The position numbers and the translations under genes were made by a program. Under the pieces are notes generated by a model. That model was given only the letters and a program-made list of their open reading frames with translations. It did no database searches and was not told the origin of the DNA. DNA of 64,000 bases, taken from positions 246-64,245 of the forward strand of contig PVXE01000018.1 of the NCBI GenBank assembly GCA_014444615.1, in the 5' to 3' direction. The DNA comes from Tagaea sp. CACIAM 22H2. Lineage in GTDB: Bacteria > Pseudomonadota > Alphaproteobacteria > CACIAM-22H2. How positions within the stretch are numbered: position 1 is the first letter of the stretch; every line of letters begins with the position of its first letter. Shown in pieces: positions 18,405-28,427 of the stretch.

Positions 18405-18801
18405 GCCAAGCGACAACAAATCGCCGCGTTTTCCGGTCGCGATGAAGGGTGTCGTGACGATCGACGGACGCGTCTGTCTGTTGTTCAACGAACGCGACGA
18501 ATGGGAATTGCCCGGCGGCAAGCTGGAACCGGGCGAGGACCCGCAAGAATGCCTGGCGCGCGAAATCGACGAGGAACTCGGGCTGACGGCCGTGCCCGAG
18601 CGCATTCTCGATTCCTGGCTTTATCGCATCGCGCCGGGCGTCGAGGTCGTGATCGTGACCTATGCGTGCGCGCCGCTATCGGGCCTCACGCCGCGCTTAA
18701 GTCACGAGCACAAGAAACTGGGATTGTTTGCGCCCGAGGAAATCGAGGCGCTGAATATGCCCGAAGGCTACAAAGCGTCGATCAGAGCCGCTTGCCGCTG
18801 A
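18397..18801 (+). CDS. NUDIX hydrolase.
   Basis: Nudix box GGKLEPGEDPQECLAREIDEELGL. Confidence 0.8.
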   Translation: MAEPSDNKSPRFPVAMKGVVTIDGRVCLLFNERDEWELPGGKLEPGEDPQECLAREIDEELGLTAVPERILDSWLYRIAPGVEVVIVTYACAPLSGLTPRLSHEHKKLGLFAPEEIEALNMPEGYKASIRAACR

Positions 18802-18958
18802 GCGCGTTCAGCATCTCGAGCTGCGCGCCGATCAGATTGCGCATCGCCGCGTCGGGCTCCAGCATCGCCGCCAAGCGGCGCGCGACCGCGCCGCAGCCGC
18901 GCTTGCATTCGCGCGCGGTCTCGTCGGTTTTCGTGCGGCACTCCTGCGTGCAGGCCAT
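18782..18958 (-). CDS. Small cysteine-rich protein (58 aa) with twin CX3C motifs.
   Basis: MACTQECRTKTDETARECKRGCGAV carries CX3C...CX3C. A strong SD GAGGAG lies 6 nt upstream of the ATG. It overlaps the NUDIX 3' end convergently. Confidence 0.35.
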   Translation of the reverse strand: MACTQECRTKTDETARECKRGCGAVARRLAAMLEPDAAMRNLIGAQLEMLNALSGKRL

Positions 18959-19073
18959 CGGGGGGCTCCTCGTCACGGCAATATAGCTATTCGCCGGTGA
19001 TGCCATTCTGGACGAAACGCCGCAGGGCGCATTGATCTGGATCAAGCCAGATTTTCTGTTAGATTCCGGATAG

Positions 19074-19769
19074 ATGACCGAGATCCTGCAAGCCGTTTTG
19101 GACGGGTTGGGCGGCGCCCTGGGGGCCGCCATGCTGCCGCTATGGCCCGCTTTTGCCGCCTGGGCGGCCGCAATCTTGCGCGACGAATGGAGCGACGCCG
19201 ATGGCGCCCCGCCGGGTGCCGTGGCGCGCCTTGCCGCTGCGACAGCGCTGTTCGGCCTCGCCTTCGGATTGGGCTTCGCCGCCCTCAACGCGGGCGACGG
19301 CCTACTGATCCGCCATGCGCGCGCTTTCACATTATTGGCGGGCGCCGTCATCGCCGCCTTCGGGCTGCATGTTTTGGGTGCGGCGCCGATCCCCGGCCTA
19401 CGCCGCGCGGCGCGTGCGCCCGTTTGGCGCGTTCCTGCAAATTTTGTCGCGGCCCTTTGCGTGGGCTTCGCCTTTGCGTTCGGATGGACGCCGATTCCGG
19501 GACCGGGCCTTGCCGCGGCGGCCGGCGCCGCGCCGCTAGCGCTTGCAACTTACGGGATTTTCCTGAGCTGGCCCGCTTGGCTCGCGGTTTTGCTCGGCTA
19601 TGTCGTTCTCGCGCGCAAATCCCCCGTCATCCCCGCGGCGCTGCACCGCCTCGAAGCGATCGCGGGGCTCGTTTTAATCGCAACGGGCGTATTGATTGCG
19701 GCGGGATTTCTTGCGGAGTTCGGCTTCGCACTCGACGAGCGAATCGCCTTTCTGGCGCGATTTGGATAA
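19074..19769 (+). CDS. CcdA/DsbD-like transmembrane protein lacking both redox cysteines.
   Basis: Six TM segments. Where CcdA normally has TPCIGP, this protein has GWTPIPGPGL; the first Cys motif is also absent. Confidence 0.5.
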   Translation: MTEILQAVLDGLGGALGAAMLPLWPAFAAWAAAILRDEWSDADGAPPGAVARLAAATALFGLAFGLGFAALNAGDGLLIRHARAFTLLAGAVIAAFGLHVLGAAPIPGLRRAARAPVWRVPANFVAALCVGFAFAFGWTPIPGPGLAAAAGAAPLALATYGIFLSWPAWLAVLLGYVVLARKSPVIPAALHRLEAIAGLVLIATGVLIAAGFLAEFGFALDERIAFLARFG

Positions 19770-19806
19770 AGCGCATTTAAGGTCCGGCTCAGATCCGGTA
19801 CATACA

Positions 19807-20250
19807 ATGCTCCGTATGTCCGCCATCGCCAAAGCCCTTCCGTCCATTCGCCGCTTCGATCCCGGCGCCGACCTGCCCGATCTTCTCGCGCAGTTCGTCT
19901 GGACATGGGAAGGCGCACGCGGCATCGACGATGGTATTCCCGAGCGCACGGCCTTCAACCTGATGCGGCTGCCAAACAACGGCGCGCAGGCGGGCTTCGT
20001 GCTGGTGCCCGTCGTCGAAGCGGGTGCCGATCTCTATCGCTGGCGCGTCGTCGGCAACGGCGCCAAGGAAATTCTGGCGGCGGCCCCCGGCGCGGCGGTG
20101 CCGCTGGCCGACCCGATCGCGCAAGCCGCACTCGAATCGCTGCTGACCGCGACGCCGATGCAAGTCGCCGACGAAAGCAATGGTTGGATCGCGATGCTGG
20201 CGCCGCTGGCGGGCGCCGACGGGCATGTGATCGTGGGCGTCGTCGCTTAA
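19807..20250 (+). CDS. Hypothetical protein (about 147 aa) upstream of fccAB.
   Basis: ORF with coding periodicity; no recognisable motif. Confidence 0.35.
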   Translation: MLRMSAIAKALPSIRRFDPGADLPDLLAQFVWTWEGARGIDDGIPERTAFNLMRLPNNGAQAGFVLVPVVEAGADLYRWRVVGNGAKEILAAAPGAAVPLADPIAQAALESLLTATPMQVADESNGWIAMLAPLAGADGHVIVGVVA

Positions 20251-20441
20251 GGTCAGGCGCGGCTCTCGGCGGTATCAAACACCGCTAAATTACCCTTTTA
20301 GATAAAACGCGTTGCCGGGACCGCGCGGGCCCCGCAAATAGTCCCCGTCACTTGCCAGACGGCCGGGGATGCGGCCACACTCGCGCCCAATCGCCGCCAA
20401 GACGAAATCCCCGCCAGGGGCCCGAACGAAGAGGGAGATCC

Positions 20442-20756
20442 ATGCGTTCCGTCATCGCAACCGCCGCTTTCGTGGCCAGCTTGCTCGCCGGTGCCGCCGC
20501 AGCGCAGGCCCAGCAAGCCGCCCCCATCCCCGGCAGCGTGCTTGCCGCGACCTGCTCGGGTTGCCACGGCCCGGCCGGGCGCAGCGTCGCCGAGATCCCG
20601 CCGATCAACGGCCGGACGGAGCAGCAGCTTCTGTCCGCCATGTTGGATTTCAAGAACGACCGCCGGCCGGCAACGGTGATGAACCGCCACGCCAAGGGCT
20701 TCAGCGACGACGAGCTCGCCGCCATCGCCCGCGAAATTTCGGCCAATTGGCGCTAA
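20442..20756 (+). CDS. fccA: Mono-haem cytochrome c subunit of flavocytochrome c sulfide dehydrogenase (start at MRSVIA).
   Basis: Signal peptide plus haem-binding CSGCHG; 104 aa. It lies directly upstream of the flavoprotein gene. Confidence 0.7.
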   Translation: MRSVIATAAFVASLLAGAAAAQAQQAAPIPGSVLAATCSGCHGPAGRSVAEIPPINGRTEQQLLSAMLDFKNDRRPATVMNRHAKGFSDDELAAIAREISANWR

Positions 20757-20772
20757 CGGGGAGATCACGCAT

Positions 20773-22074
20773 ATGACCCGCACGAAACTCACCCGCCGCG
20801 CTTTCACCGGCTCGCTGCTCGCCACCTCCGCGCTGTCGGCCTGCGCCGTGCAGACCGCCCCCGCCAAGGCCCATGTCGTCGTGATCGGCGGCGGCTTCGG
20901 TGGCGCCACGGCCGCGAAATTCATCCGCCTGGAAGATCCCGGCATCGCGGTCACGCTGATCGAGCCGAAAAGCGAGTTCGTCACCTGCCCGTTCTCCAAC
21001 TACGTCATCGCCGGGTTCAAGCAGATTGGCGAGATCACGCATAACTACAACGCGCTGACCGGCACGCATGGCGTGCGCCACGTGCGCGACATTGCCGTCG
21101 CCATCGATCCCGCGACCAAAACGGTGCGCACCGGTTCCGGCCAGTCGATCCGCTACGACAAGCTGGTCGTGTCGCCCGGCATCGATATCCGCTGGGGTGC
21201 GATCGAAGGCTACACCGAAGCCGCCGCCGAGATTCTGCCGCATGCGTGGCAAGGCGGCGCGCAGACGCTGCTGCTGCGCCGCCAGCTCGAAGCCATGCCG
21301 GATGGCGGCGTGGTGGCGCTGGCGCTGCCCGGCAACCCCTATCGCTGCCCGCCGGGGCCGTACGAGCGCATTTCGGTCATCGCGCATTATTTGAAGACGA
21401 CCAAGCCGCGCTCGAAGATCCTGGCGCTCGACGCCAAGGACGCGTTCTCGAAGCAGCCGCTGTTCCAGGACGGCTGGAACGCGCTCTATCCCGGCATGAT
21501 CGAATGGGTGCCGCTCAACAAGGACGGCCGCATCACCCAAGTCATCGCGAACGAGCGCACGCTGGTTTCCGAATTCGGCCAGCGCCATCGCGCGGCGGTC
21601 GTCAACGTCGTGCCCCCGCAGTTCGCGAGCAAGATCGCGCGCGATGCGGGCCTTGCCAATCCCGACGGCGGCAGTGCGGGCTGGTGCCCGGTCGATCCGA
21701 TCACGTTCGAATCGACGCGCATCAAGGACATCCATGTGATCGGCGACGCGTCGATCGCCGGCGCCATGCCGAAATCGGGCTTCGCCGCGAACAGCCAAGG
21801 CAAGTTCGTCGCCAAGGCGATCGCCGCGGCGCTGAACGGCCGTCCGGCTTTCGCACCCGTCTACGCCAACACCTGCTATTCGCTGCTGGCGCCCGATTAC
21901 GGGATCTCGGTCGCGGATATCTATCGCGCCACGCCGCAGGGCATCGTGGCCGTGCAGGGTGCGGGCGGCGTTTCCCCGCGCACGCCGGCGGATGCGGCGC
22001 AGTTCCGTCATCTGGAAGCGACCTATACGCGCGGCTGGTATTCGAGCGCCACGCGCGAAATCTGGGGGACCTAA
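20773..22074 (+). CDS. fccB: Flavocytochrome c sulfide dehydrogenase flavoprotein subunit (FCSD/SoxF-like, Tat-exported).
   Basis: Tat motif TRRAFTGSLLATSAL. FAD-binding fold VVVIGGGFGGATAAK. 433 aa. Confidence 0.8.
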   Translation: MTRTKLTRRAFTGSLLATSALSACAVQTAPAKAHVVVIGGGFGGATAAKFIRLEDPGIAVTLIEPKSEFVTCPFSNYVIAGFKQIGEITHNYNALTGTHGVRHVRDIAVAIDPATKTVRTGSGQSIRYDKLVVSPGIDIRWGAIEGYTEAAAEILPHAWQGGAQTLLLRRQLEAMPDGGVVALALPGNPYRCPPGPYERISVIAHYLKTTKPRSKILALDAKDAFSKQPLFQDGWNALYPGMIEWVPLNKDGRITQVIANERTLVSEFGQRHRAAVVNVVPPQFASKIARDAGLANPDGGSAGWCPVDPITFESTRIKDIHVIGDASIAGAMPKSGFAANSQGKFVAKAIAAALNGRPAFAPVYANTCYSLLAPDYGISVADIYRATPQGIVAVQGAGGVSPRTPADAAQFRHLEATYTRGWYSSATREIWGT

Positions 22075-22865
22075 CGCCCCATCTTGGCCAGGACCTCGCC
22101 CTTCAGGAACCGCTCGACCAGCAGCATGAACAGGATCGACGGGACCAGAAGGATGAGGGCCGAGATCGCCGCGATCTGGATATTGCCGCCGGCCCCCGCC
22201 GAATAGAGCATCAGCGGCAATGTCCGGATCTCCGGCGCGCCGACGAAATAGCTGCCGGTGAATTCGTCGAGCGATTCGAGGAATACGAAAATCGCGCTCG
22301 CCACGATGCCGGGCAGCGCGAGCGGCAGCGTCACCTCGAAGAAGGTGCGCGGGCCCGACGCGCCGATATTGCGCGCGGCTTGCTCGAGCTCGGGGTCGAT
22401 CGCCGCGAACGCCGCCGTCGCGATCCACACCGAAAAGACGAGCCCGTGCACCGCGTGGACCATGACGACGCCCGCGACCGTACCGTTGAGGTCGTATTCG
22501 AAGAAGATGCGCGCGATGTTGATATAGACGGGCAGGTTCGGGAACGCCTGCGGCAGTAGGAAGATCAGCATCACGATCGGCCGCCAGGGCAGTTTTCCGC
22601 GCGCCAATGCATAACCCGCCGGCACCGACACGACGAGGCAAACCGCCGTCGTCAGCAGCGCGATCCAAATCGACAGCCACAGCGATTCCATCGCGCGGCC
22701 GGTGGGGCGGAACACCACTTCCCAGAAGCGGAAGCCCCATTGCGACGGCAGGCGGTTGGGCCAGAACCATTGTTCGGCCACCGACCAGATCACCAAATTG
22801 CCGATCGGCCCGAGGACGAAAAAGGCGAAAATCGCGAGCAGGCCGGCGCGCAAAACCCACTTCAT
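22071..22865 (-). CDS. ABC transporter permease (PotC/Fbp-type).
   Basis: Six TM helices and an EAA-like loop. ATGA overlap with the upstream permease gene. Confidence 0.8.
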   Translation of the reverse strand: MKWVLRAGLLAIFAFFVLGPIGNLVIWSVAEQWFWPNRLPSQWGFRFWEVVFRPTGRAMESLWLSIWIALLTTAVCLVVSVPAGYALARGKLPWRPIVMLIFLLPQAFPNLPVYINIARIFFEYDLNGTVAGVVMVHAVHGLVFSVWIATAAFAAIDPELEQAARNIGASGPRTFFEVTLPLALPGIVASAIFVFLESLDEFTGSYFVGAPEIRTLPLMLYSAGAGGNIQIAAISALILLVPSILFMLLVERFLKGEVLAKMGR

Positions 22866-23704
22866 CGCGTCAACCCCTGCTGCTTGTCGCGCACGGCTTC
22901 GCGCAAATAGAACCACGCGGCCAAGCCGGTCAGCAGATACGACACGAAGCCGAGCGCGTTGGCCGTGCCGTAATCGCCGACCGAGTTGATCCGCCAAGCC
23001 ATGTTGACCGTCAGCATCGACGGGCTTTGGCCCGACAGCATGATCGGTACCGACAGCACCGACATCATCGTGACGAAGGACAGGATCAAGCCGACCGCCA
23101 GCGTGCGGCGGATCTGGGGCACGACGATTTCGAGCAGCACGCGCAAGCGCGAGGCGCCGAGATTGCGCGCGGCGTCGATCGTCGAGCGGTCGAGCCCCGC
23201 CATCGCGCCGGCCACCATCAGCGTCACGAACGGCGTCTGCTTCCACACGAAAGTGATGACGATGCCGCGCCAATCGAGAAAGCTTTGCGCCATTTCCTGG
23301 TCCATCAGGCCCAGGAAAACGAATGCGTTGTTCATCATCCCGTTGCGGCCCAGGAAGGTGCGCATGCACAAGGCGGCGACGATGAACGGCACGAATAACG
23401 GCCAGCGATAGAGCCAATCGAGGATCTTCTTGGCGACTGGCGAATTGCCGAGCGTCAGATACCCGCCGATCGACACGGAAATCACGGCGATCAGAAAGGT
23501 CGACAGCCCGACGATGAAAACGGTGAACAGCGTGTCGAGGCGGTAAAGCTCCCACGCGCGCACGAAATTGCCGAGCGTCCACACGCCCGCCTTGTCCTGG
23601 AACGCGCCGACCAGCGAGTAGCCCAAAGGATAGATGAACAGCGCCAGCGCCATGGCGAGCGCCGGAAAAATCAGCAGAACGGAAACGCCGCGTGTGGGAC
23701 CCAT
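22862..23704 (-). CDS. ABC transporter permease (PotB/Fbp-type).
   Basis: 280 aa, polytopic. Part of the ATPase-SBP-permease-permease operon. Confidence 0.8.
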   Translation of the reverse strand: MGPTRGVSVLLIFPALAMALALFIYPLGYSLVGAFQDKAGVWTLGNFVRAWELYRLDTLFTVFIVGLSTFLIAVISVSIGGYLTLGNSPVAKKILDWLYRWPLFVPFIVAALCMRTFLGRNGMMNNAFVFLGLMDQEMAQSFLDWRGIVITFVWKQTPFVTLMVAGAMAGLDRSTIDAARNLGASRLRVLLEIVVPQIRRTLAVGLILSFVTMMSVLSVPIMLSGQSPSMLTVNMAWRINSVGDYGTANALGFVSYLLTGLAAWFYLREAVRDKQQGLTR

Positions 23705-23754
23705 CGAAATAAAACGGGGCGGCCGTCGTCGAAACCGCCGCCCCGTCCTTTACG

Positions 23755-24918
23755 TCAGTTCAGAACGACTTTTTCGTACTGTTCTTGGATCTTGGTGAAG
23801 TAGTCGGCCTGCGGCATCGGGCGGGCCATCTTGTTCAGCATGTCCGGCGGCACGTCGCGGAACAGACGTTCCCACAGCTTGGCGTCGAGATGCGAACGCA
23901 CATGCTGAGCGTCGATGCCCGGCAGCCAGTTGAAGCGCTCGACGATGCCCTTGGCCTGGACGACCGGCGACGTCGCCATCTCGACGAACTTGCGCGAGAC
24001 ATCCGCGTTCGCCGACTTGTCGGGGATGACGTAGTACATCGGCTGGCCCGGCAAGCCGCTTTCCAGCAGCGTCAGCTTCAGCGTCGGCGGCAGGCGGCCT
24101 TCGCCCTGCCAGGAGTAGAACATGTCCATCCACACCGGGCCCATGTCGATCTCGCCGCGGTTCAGCGCGTCGAGCGTGCCCGCGTTGCCCGGCGTGATCG
24201 TCGAGACGGCGTTGAACGCCTTCAACTTCTGCAAGGCCGGCGTCAGCGCCTGCACGGTCGCGTCGTCATACGGGCCTTCGATCAGCTTCTTCTGATCGGG
24301 GGCGTAGGCGTAAAGCCAGCCGAACACGAAGCCCACGCCGGACATGCCGCCGCGAATGCCGTTATGGCCGAACTTCTTCGGGTTGGCGTTGGCCCAAGCG
24401 ACGAGCTCGTCGAAGGTCTTGGGCGGGTTGGCGACGCGCGCCGGGTTGTAGGCGATGGCGACTTGGGAGTTGAACATCGGCATCACGTAGCCGTCGACGT
24501 TCACGCCCAGCGCGTTCTTGGTGATCGCGCTGGTCGCCATACTCCCGGTCGAAACCTGGCCGCGATAGCTGGACAGCAAGCCGTCCTTCACCATCTGGCC
24601 GGCCATCTTCTGGTGGACGATCGCGACGTCGACATCGACGGTCGCGGCGTTCGCCTTCTTCTGCGCTTCCAGGCGTTCCCAGATGCGCTGCGAGCCGGCA
24701 TCGCCGGGGCCCGTCCCCACGGCGCGCACGCGCACGCCGGGATTGGCCTTCTCGAACTGCGGCCCGAGGAATTCGGTGATGTAGTCGACCATGTTCTGGT
24801 CGCCGGCCGTCAACACGTTGATCGTGACGTTACGCGCCTGGGCGTTGACCGCCCCCGGCAGCGTCGCGGCGACCGCACCCGCCGCCAAAGCGGCCGCGAT
24901 CAATGTCCGTCGTTGCAT
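23755..24918 (-). CDS. Periplasmic substrate-binding protein (solute-binding family 1, PotD/Fbp-like) with a Tat-like signal.
   Basis: The N-terminus RRTLIAAALAAGAVAATLPGAVNA is followed by a mature domain of the right size. Confidence 0.75.
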   Translation of the reverse strand: MQRRTLIAAALAAGAVAATLPGAVNAQARNVTINVLTAGDQNMVDYITEFLGPQFEKANPGVRVRAVGTGPGDAGSQRIWERLEAQKKANAATVDVDVAIVHQKMAGQMVKDGLLSSYRGQVSTGSMATSAITKNALGVNVDGYVMPMFNSQVAIAYNPARVANPPKTFDELVAWANANPKKFGHNGIRGGMSGVGFVFGWLYAYAPDQKKLIEGPYDDATVQALTPALQKLKAFNAVSTITPGNAGTLDALNRGEIDMGPVWMDMFYSWQGEGRLPPTLKLTLLESGLPGQPMYYVIPDKSANADVSRKFVEMATSPVVQAKGIVERFNWLPGIDAQHVRSHLDAKLWERLFRDVPPDMLNKMARPMPQADYFTKIQEQYEKVVLN

Positions 24919-25010
24919 GTTCTCCTCCGTATCCGCCGGACTTGATCGCGCCCGCCGTCCGGCGGACCGGCGGGCGCTTTTTCCAATACGCGCGCTGTGC
25001 GACGTTTGCG

Positions 25011-26081
25011 TTACGCTTTCTCCGCAGGGAAAAAGTGCAACGCTTCGGCAGGCAGAACGACGCGCGCGTTCACGCCCACCTCGACACGCCGTTCGTCGTC
25101 GACCATGAATTGCCGGTCGCCCACCGCGACCGCGTAGCGCCAGAACCCGCCCGGATAGGCGGCCTGGACGACGCGACCCTCCAGCGCCAAGGCGCCTTGC
25201 GGATCGGCATCGCCCGGCAGCGACAGCTTCGCGGCTTCGGAACGGAAATGTGCGGTGACCTTGCCGTCGATCGCCCCCTCGTGCGGCAACTCAGCTTCGC
25301 GATTATGCGGGCCCGGCGCCACGCGCAGCTTGGCGCCGCTGCGCGACAAATCGAGGCGGATCGCGTTGTTGGCGCCCATGAAGGACGCAACGAAAGCCGA
25401 CGCGGGACGGTTATAGACTTCCTCCGGCCGTCCGACCTGGGCGATCGTTCCGGCGTCGAGAATGACGATCCGGTCGGCCATCACCATCGCCTCCTCGCGA
25501 TCATGGGTCACATGGATCGTGGTGATGCCGAGGCGCCGTTGCAGCGCTTTGATCTCGTGGCGCACGTCTTCGCGGATGCGCGCGTCCAGATTGGACAATG
25601 GCTCGTCCAGCAGCAGAATCTGCGGATCGACGGCAAGCGCGCGGCCCAGGGCGACGCGCTGGCGCTGGCCGCCGGAAAGCTGGGTGACGTTGCGTTCGCC
25701 GAGCCCGTCGAGCTTCAGCATCGCCACCATCTCGGCGACGCGCGCGGCGATTTCCGCGCGCGACTTTTTGCGCAAGCGCAATCCGTAGCCGATATTCTGC
25801 GCCACGCTCATATGCGGCCACAGCGCGTAGCTTTGGAACACCATCGCCATTTCGCGCTTGTCGGGCGGCATCGGCGTGATATCGCGCCCGCCCACGCGGA
25901 TGGCGCCGCCCGCGACCGGCACGAATCCCGAAATGCAGCGCAGCAGCGTCGTCTTGCCGCAGCCCGACGACCCGAGCAGCGCCACGAATTCGCCGGGTGC
26001 GACATCCAGGCTGACGCCTTTCAGCACGCGCGTGCCGCCATAAGCGGCCTCGACCCGGTCGATCTCCAACCGTGCGGACAT
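25011..26081 (-). CDS. ABC transporter ATP-binding protein (PotA/FbpC-like, with a C-terminal TOBE-like domain).
   Basis: Walker A GSSGCGKTT; signature LSGGQRQRVALGRAL; Walker B LLLDEPLSNLD. Confidence 0.85.
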   Translation of the reverse strand: MSARLEIDRVEAAYGGTRVLKGVSLDVAPGEFVALLGSSGCGKTTLLRCISGFVPVAGGAIRVGGRDITPMPPDKREMAMVFQSYALWPHMSVAQNIGYGLRLRKKSRAEIAARVAEMVAMLKLDGLGERNVTQLSGGQRQRVALGRALAVDPQILLLDEPLSNLDARIREDVRHEIKALQRRLGITTIHVTHDREEAMVMADRIVILDAGTIAQVGRPEEVYNRPASAFVASFMGANNAIRLDLSRSGAKLRVAPGPHNREAELPHEGAIDGKVTAHFRSEAAKLSLPGDADPQGALALEGRVVQAAYPGGFWRYAVAVGDRQFMVDDERRVEVGVNARVVLPAEALHFFPAEKA

Positions 26082-26232
26082 TGTATTGGTTCTCCCCGGA
26101 ACCGATCCTAGCGCATCGATTATGACAATTAAAAGACACTCCCTTGCTTCCGCGATGACACCGCGCCAATATCCGCCATCCTCAACCGGCCCAGGGACAA
26201 ACCCCGCGGCCCGGAACTCAGGGAGTCTATCC

Positions 26233-27264
26233 ATGTTTCGTCGATTGGCGGCGTCGGCCGCCCTTATGCTTTGCTTCGCCGGTGCGGCTTCCGCCCAGCA
26301 ATTGACGCCGAGCCCCACGCTCGACGCCATCAAGGCCCGCGGCCATCTGGAATGCGGCGTCCATCTGGGCCTGCCCGGCTTCTCCTTCGCCGACGACAAG
26401 GGCGTGTGGCAGGGCATCGACGTCGATTTCTGCAAGGCGCTGGCCGCCGCCATTCTGGGCGACGCCACCAAGGTCAAGTACACGCCGACCTCGGTCCAGC
26501 AGCGTTGGCCGATCTTGCAATCGGGTCAGGTCGACCTGCTGTCGCGCAACACGACGATCACCTTCTCGCGCAACGCCTCGCTGGGCGTGAACTTCCTGGG
26601 CATCAACTTCTACGAAGGCCAGACGTTCATCGTCCGCAAGAAGGCGAACATCTCCAAGCCGGACGAGATGGACGGCGCCACGGTTTGCGTCGCGGCCGGC
26701 TCGACCGAAGAAAAGCAGGCGACCGATTGGTTCGCCGAGCGCGGCAAGAAGGTGACGATCGTCAACTTCCAGCGCAACGACGACGCCATCGCCGCCTACG
26801 ACGCCGAGCGTTGCGACGCCTACACCGCCGGCTTCGGCGCGCTGGCGGGCCAGCGTTCCAAGCTGAAGGCGCCGGACGATCACGTCATCCTGACGCAGCT
26901 GATCTCCAACGATCCGCAAGGCCCGACCGTGCGCTACGGCGACGAGCGTTATCAGGCGGTCGTGCGCTGGGTGCTCAACGGCATGATCGCCGCCGAGCAT
27001 TTCGGCATCACGTCGAAGAACGTCGACGAAATGCGCCGCTCCTCGACCAACGGCGAAGTCCGCCGCATCCTGGGCGTGGAAGGCAATTTCGGCCAGATGC
27101 TGGGCCTGTCGAACGACTGGCTCTACAACGCGATCAAGCAGGTCGGCAACTACGGCGAAAGCTACGAGCGCACGGTGGGCATGGATTCGCCCCTGAAGCT
27201 GCCGCGCGGTCCCAACCAGTTGTGGACCAAGGGCGGCCTGCTGTTCACCTCGCCGTTCCAATGA
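26233..27264 (+). CDS. aapJ: General L-amino-acid ABC transporter substrate-binding protein (AapJ/BztA-like).
   Basis: Signal peptide and polar amino-acid SBP fold. SD GGGAG upstream. Confidence 0.75.
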   Translation: MFRRLAASAALMLCFAGAASAQQLTPSPTLDAIKARGHLECGVHLGLPGFSFADDKGVWQGIDVDFCKALAAAILGDATKVKYTPTSVQQRWPILQSGQVDLLSRNTTITFSRNASLGVNFLGINFYEGQTFIVRKKANISKPDEMDGATVCVAAGSTEEKQATDWFAERGKKVTIVNFQRNDDAIAAYDAERCDAYTAGFGALAGQRSKLKAPDDHVILTQLISNDPQGPTVRYGDERYQAVVRWVLNGMIAAEHFGITSKNVDEMRRSSTNGEVRRILGVEGNFGQMLGLSNDWLYNAIKQVGNYGESYERTVGMDSPLKLPRGPNQLWTKGGLLFTSPFQ

Positions 27265-28427
27265 CAGCAGCGCTTCGGCGCTGGTTCTACGACGCCCGCG
27301 TCCGCGCCTGGATCTCCCAGGCCGCGGTCGCGGGCGCGATGTTTGGGACGATCTGGTATTTCGTCGCCAACGCGTCGGAGAACATGGTCAAAGCCGGCAT
27401 CGCGTCCGGCTTCGACTTCCTCTGGCGCACGTCGGGCATCGACGTTCCCTTCAAGATCGTCGACTACACGCCGCAGAACAATATCGTCGACCTGCTATGG
27501 GTTGGCGTTGCCAACACGCTGCTGGTCTCGCTGCTGGGCATGGCGCTCGCCACGATCCTCGGCTTCCTGATCGGCATCGCGCGGCTTTCGAAAAACTTCC
27601 TGCTGCGCGGTCTCGCCACCGGCTTCGTCGAGTTCGTGCGCAACATCCCGCTGCTGCTGTTCGTCTTCTTCTGGTATTTCGGCGTCATCCGCGCGCTGCC
27701 CCCGCCGCGCGATTCCTTCGGCGCCTTCGACACCTTCTTTCTGAATAATCGCGGGCTTTACGTGCCCGCCCCGACCGAAGGCCATCCTTTTGCCGCCGTG
27801 TCGGTCGCGTTCGCGATCGGCGTGGCGCTGTTCTTGGTCCTGCGCGCCTGGGCGGTGAAGCGTCAGGCCGCGACCGGGAAGATTTTCCCGATCTGGGCGG
27901 CGGGCACGGCGCTGATCGTCGGCGTACCGCTCGCCGCCGCGATCGTCGTGGCGTTGACGACGAGTTGGAGCGTGCCGGTGCGCGGCGGGTTCAATTTCCG
28001 CGGCGGCTTCGTGCTCGTCCCCGAATTCGTGGCGCTGCTCGCCGCCCTCGTCACCTACACCGCGGGTTTCGTGGCGGAAGTCGTGCGCGGCGGCATCCTC
28101 GCCGTCGGCAAGGGCCAGAAGGAAGCGGCCGCGTCGCTGGGCCTGACGCCCGGCCAGACGCTGCGCTTGATCGTGGTGCCCCAGGCGCTGCGCGTGATGG
28201 TGCCGCCGATGACCAGCCAATATTTGAACCTGCTGAAGAACTCGTCCTTCGGTGCCGCGATCGCATATCCGGAAATCGTCAGCGTGTTCATGGGCTCGGC
28301 CCTCAACGCTACCGGCCAGGCGATCGAGATCATCGCGATCACGCTGGCGATCTATCTGGTCGCGGGCCTAGCCGTATCGATGTTCATGAACTGGTACAAC
28401 GCGCGCATCGCGCTGGTGACGCGATGA
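27261..28427 (+). CDS. aapQ: Amino-acid ABC transporter permease (AapQ-like).
   Basis: ATGA overlap with aapJ. Polytopic, with an EAA loop (ASLGLTPGQTLRLIVVPQAL). Confidence 0.8.
   Translation: MTAALRRWFYDARVRAWISQAAVAGAMFGTIWYFVANASENMVKAGIASGFDFLWRTSGIDVPFKIVDYTPQNNIVDLLWVGVANTLLVSLLGMALATILGFLIGIARLSKNFLLRGLATGFVEFVRNIPLLLFVFFWYFGVIRALPPPRDSFGAFDTFFLNNRGLYVPAPTEGHPFAAVSVAFAIGVALFLVLRAWAVKRQAATGKIFPIWAAGTALIVGVPLAAAIVVALTTSWSVPVRGGFNFRGGFVLVPEFVALLAALVTYTAGFVAEVVRGGILAVGKGQKEAAASLGLTPGQTLRLIVVPQALRVMVPPMTSQYLNLLKNSSFGAAIAYPEIVSVFMGSALNATGQAIEIIAITLAIYLVAGLAVSMFMNWYNARIALVTR

Noticed and set aside
20442-22074. Considered SoxXA for the cytochrome c plus downstream gene.
   Set aside because: The downstream protein is a Tat-exported FAD flavoprotein of FccB/SoxF type, not a dihaem SoxA; a small mono-haem cytochrome plus a flavoprotein fits flavocytochrome c sulfide dehydrogenase.
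20701-22860. 719-aa minus-strand ORF antisense to fccB and extending into the permease region.
   Set aside because: FccB is strongly supported (Tat signal plus FAD fold). The antisense ORF is R/G/D-rich low-complexity.
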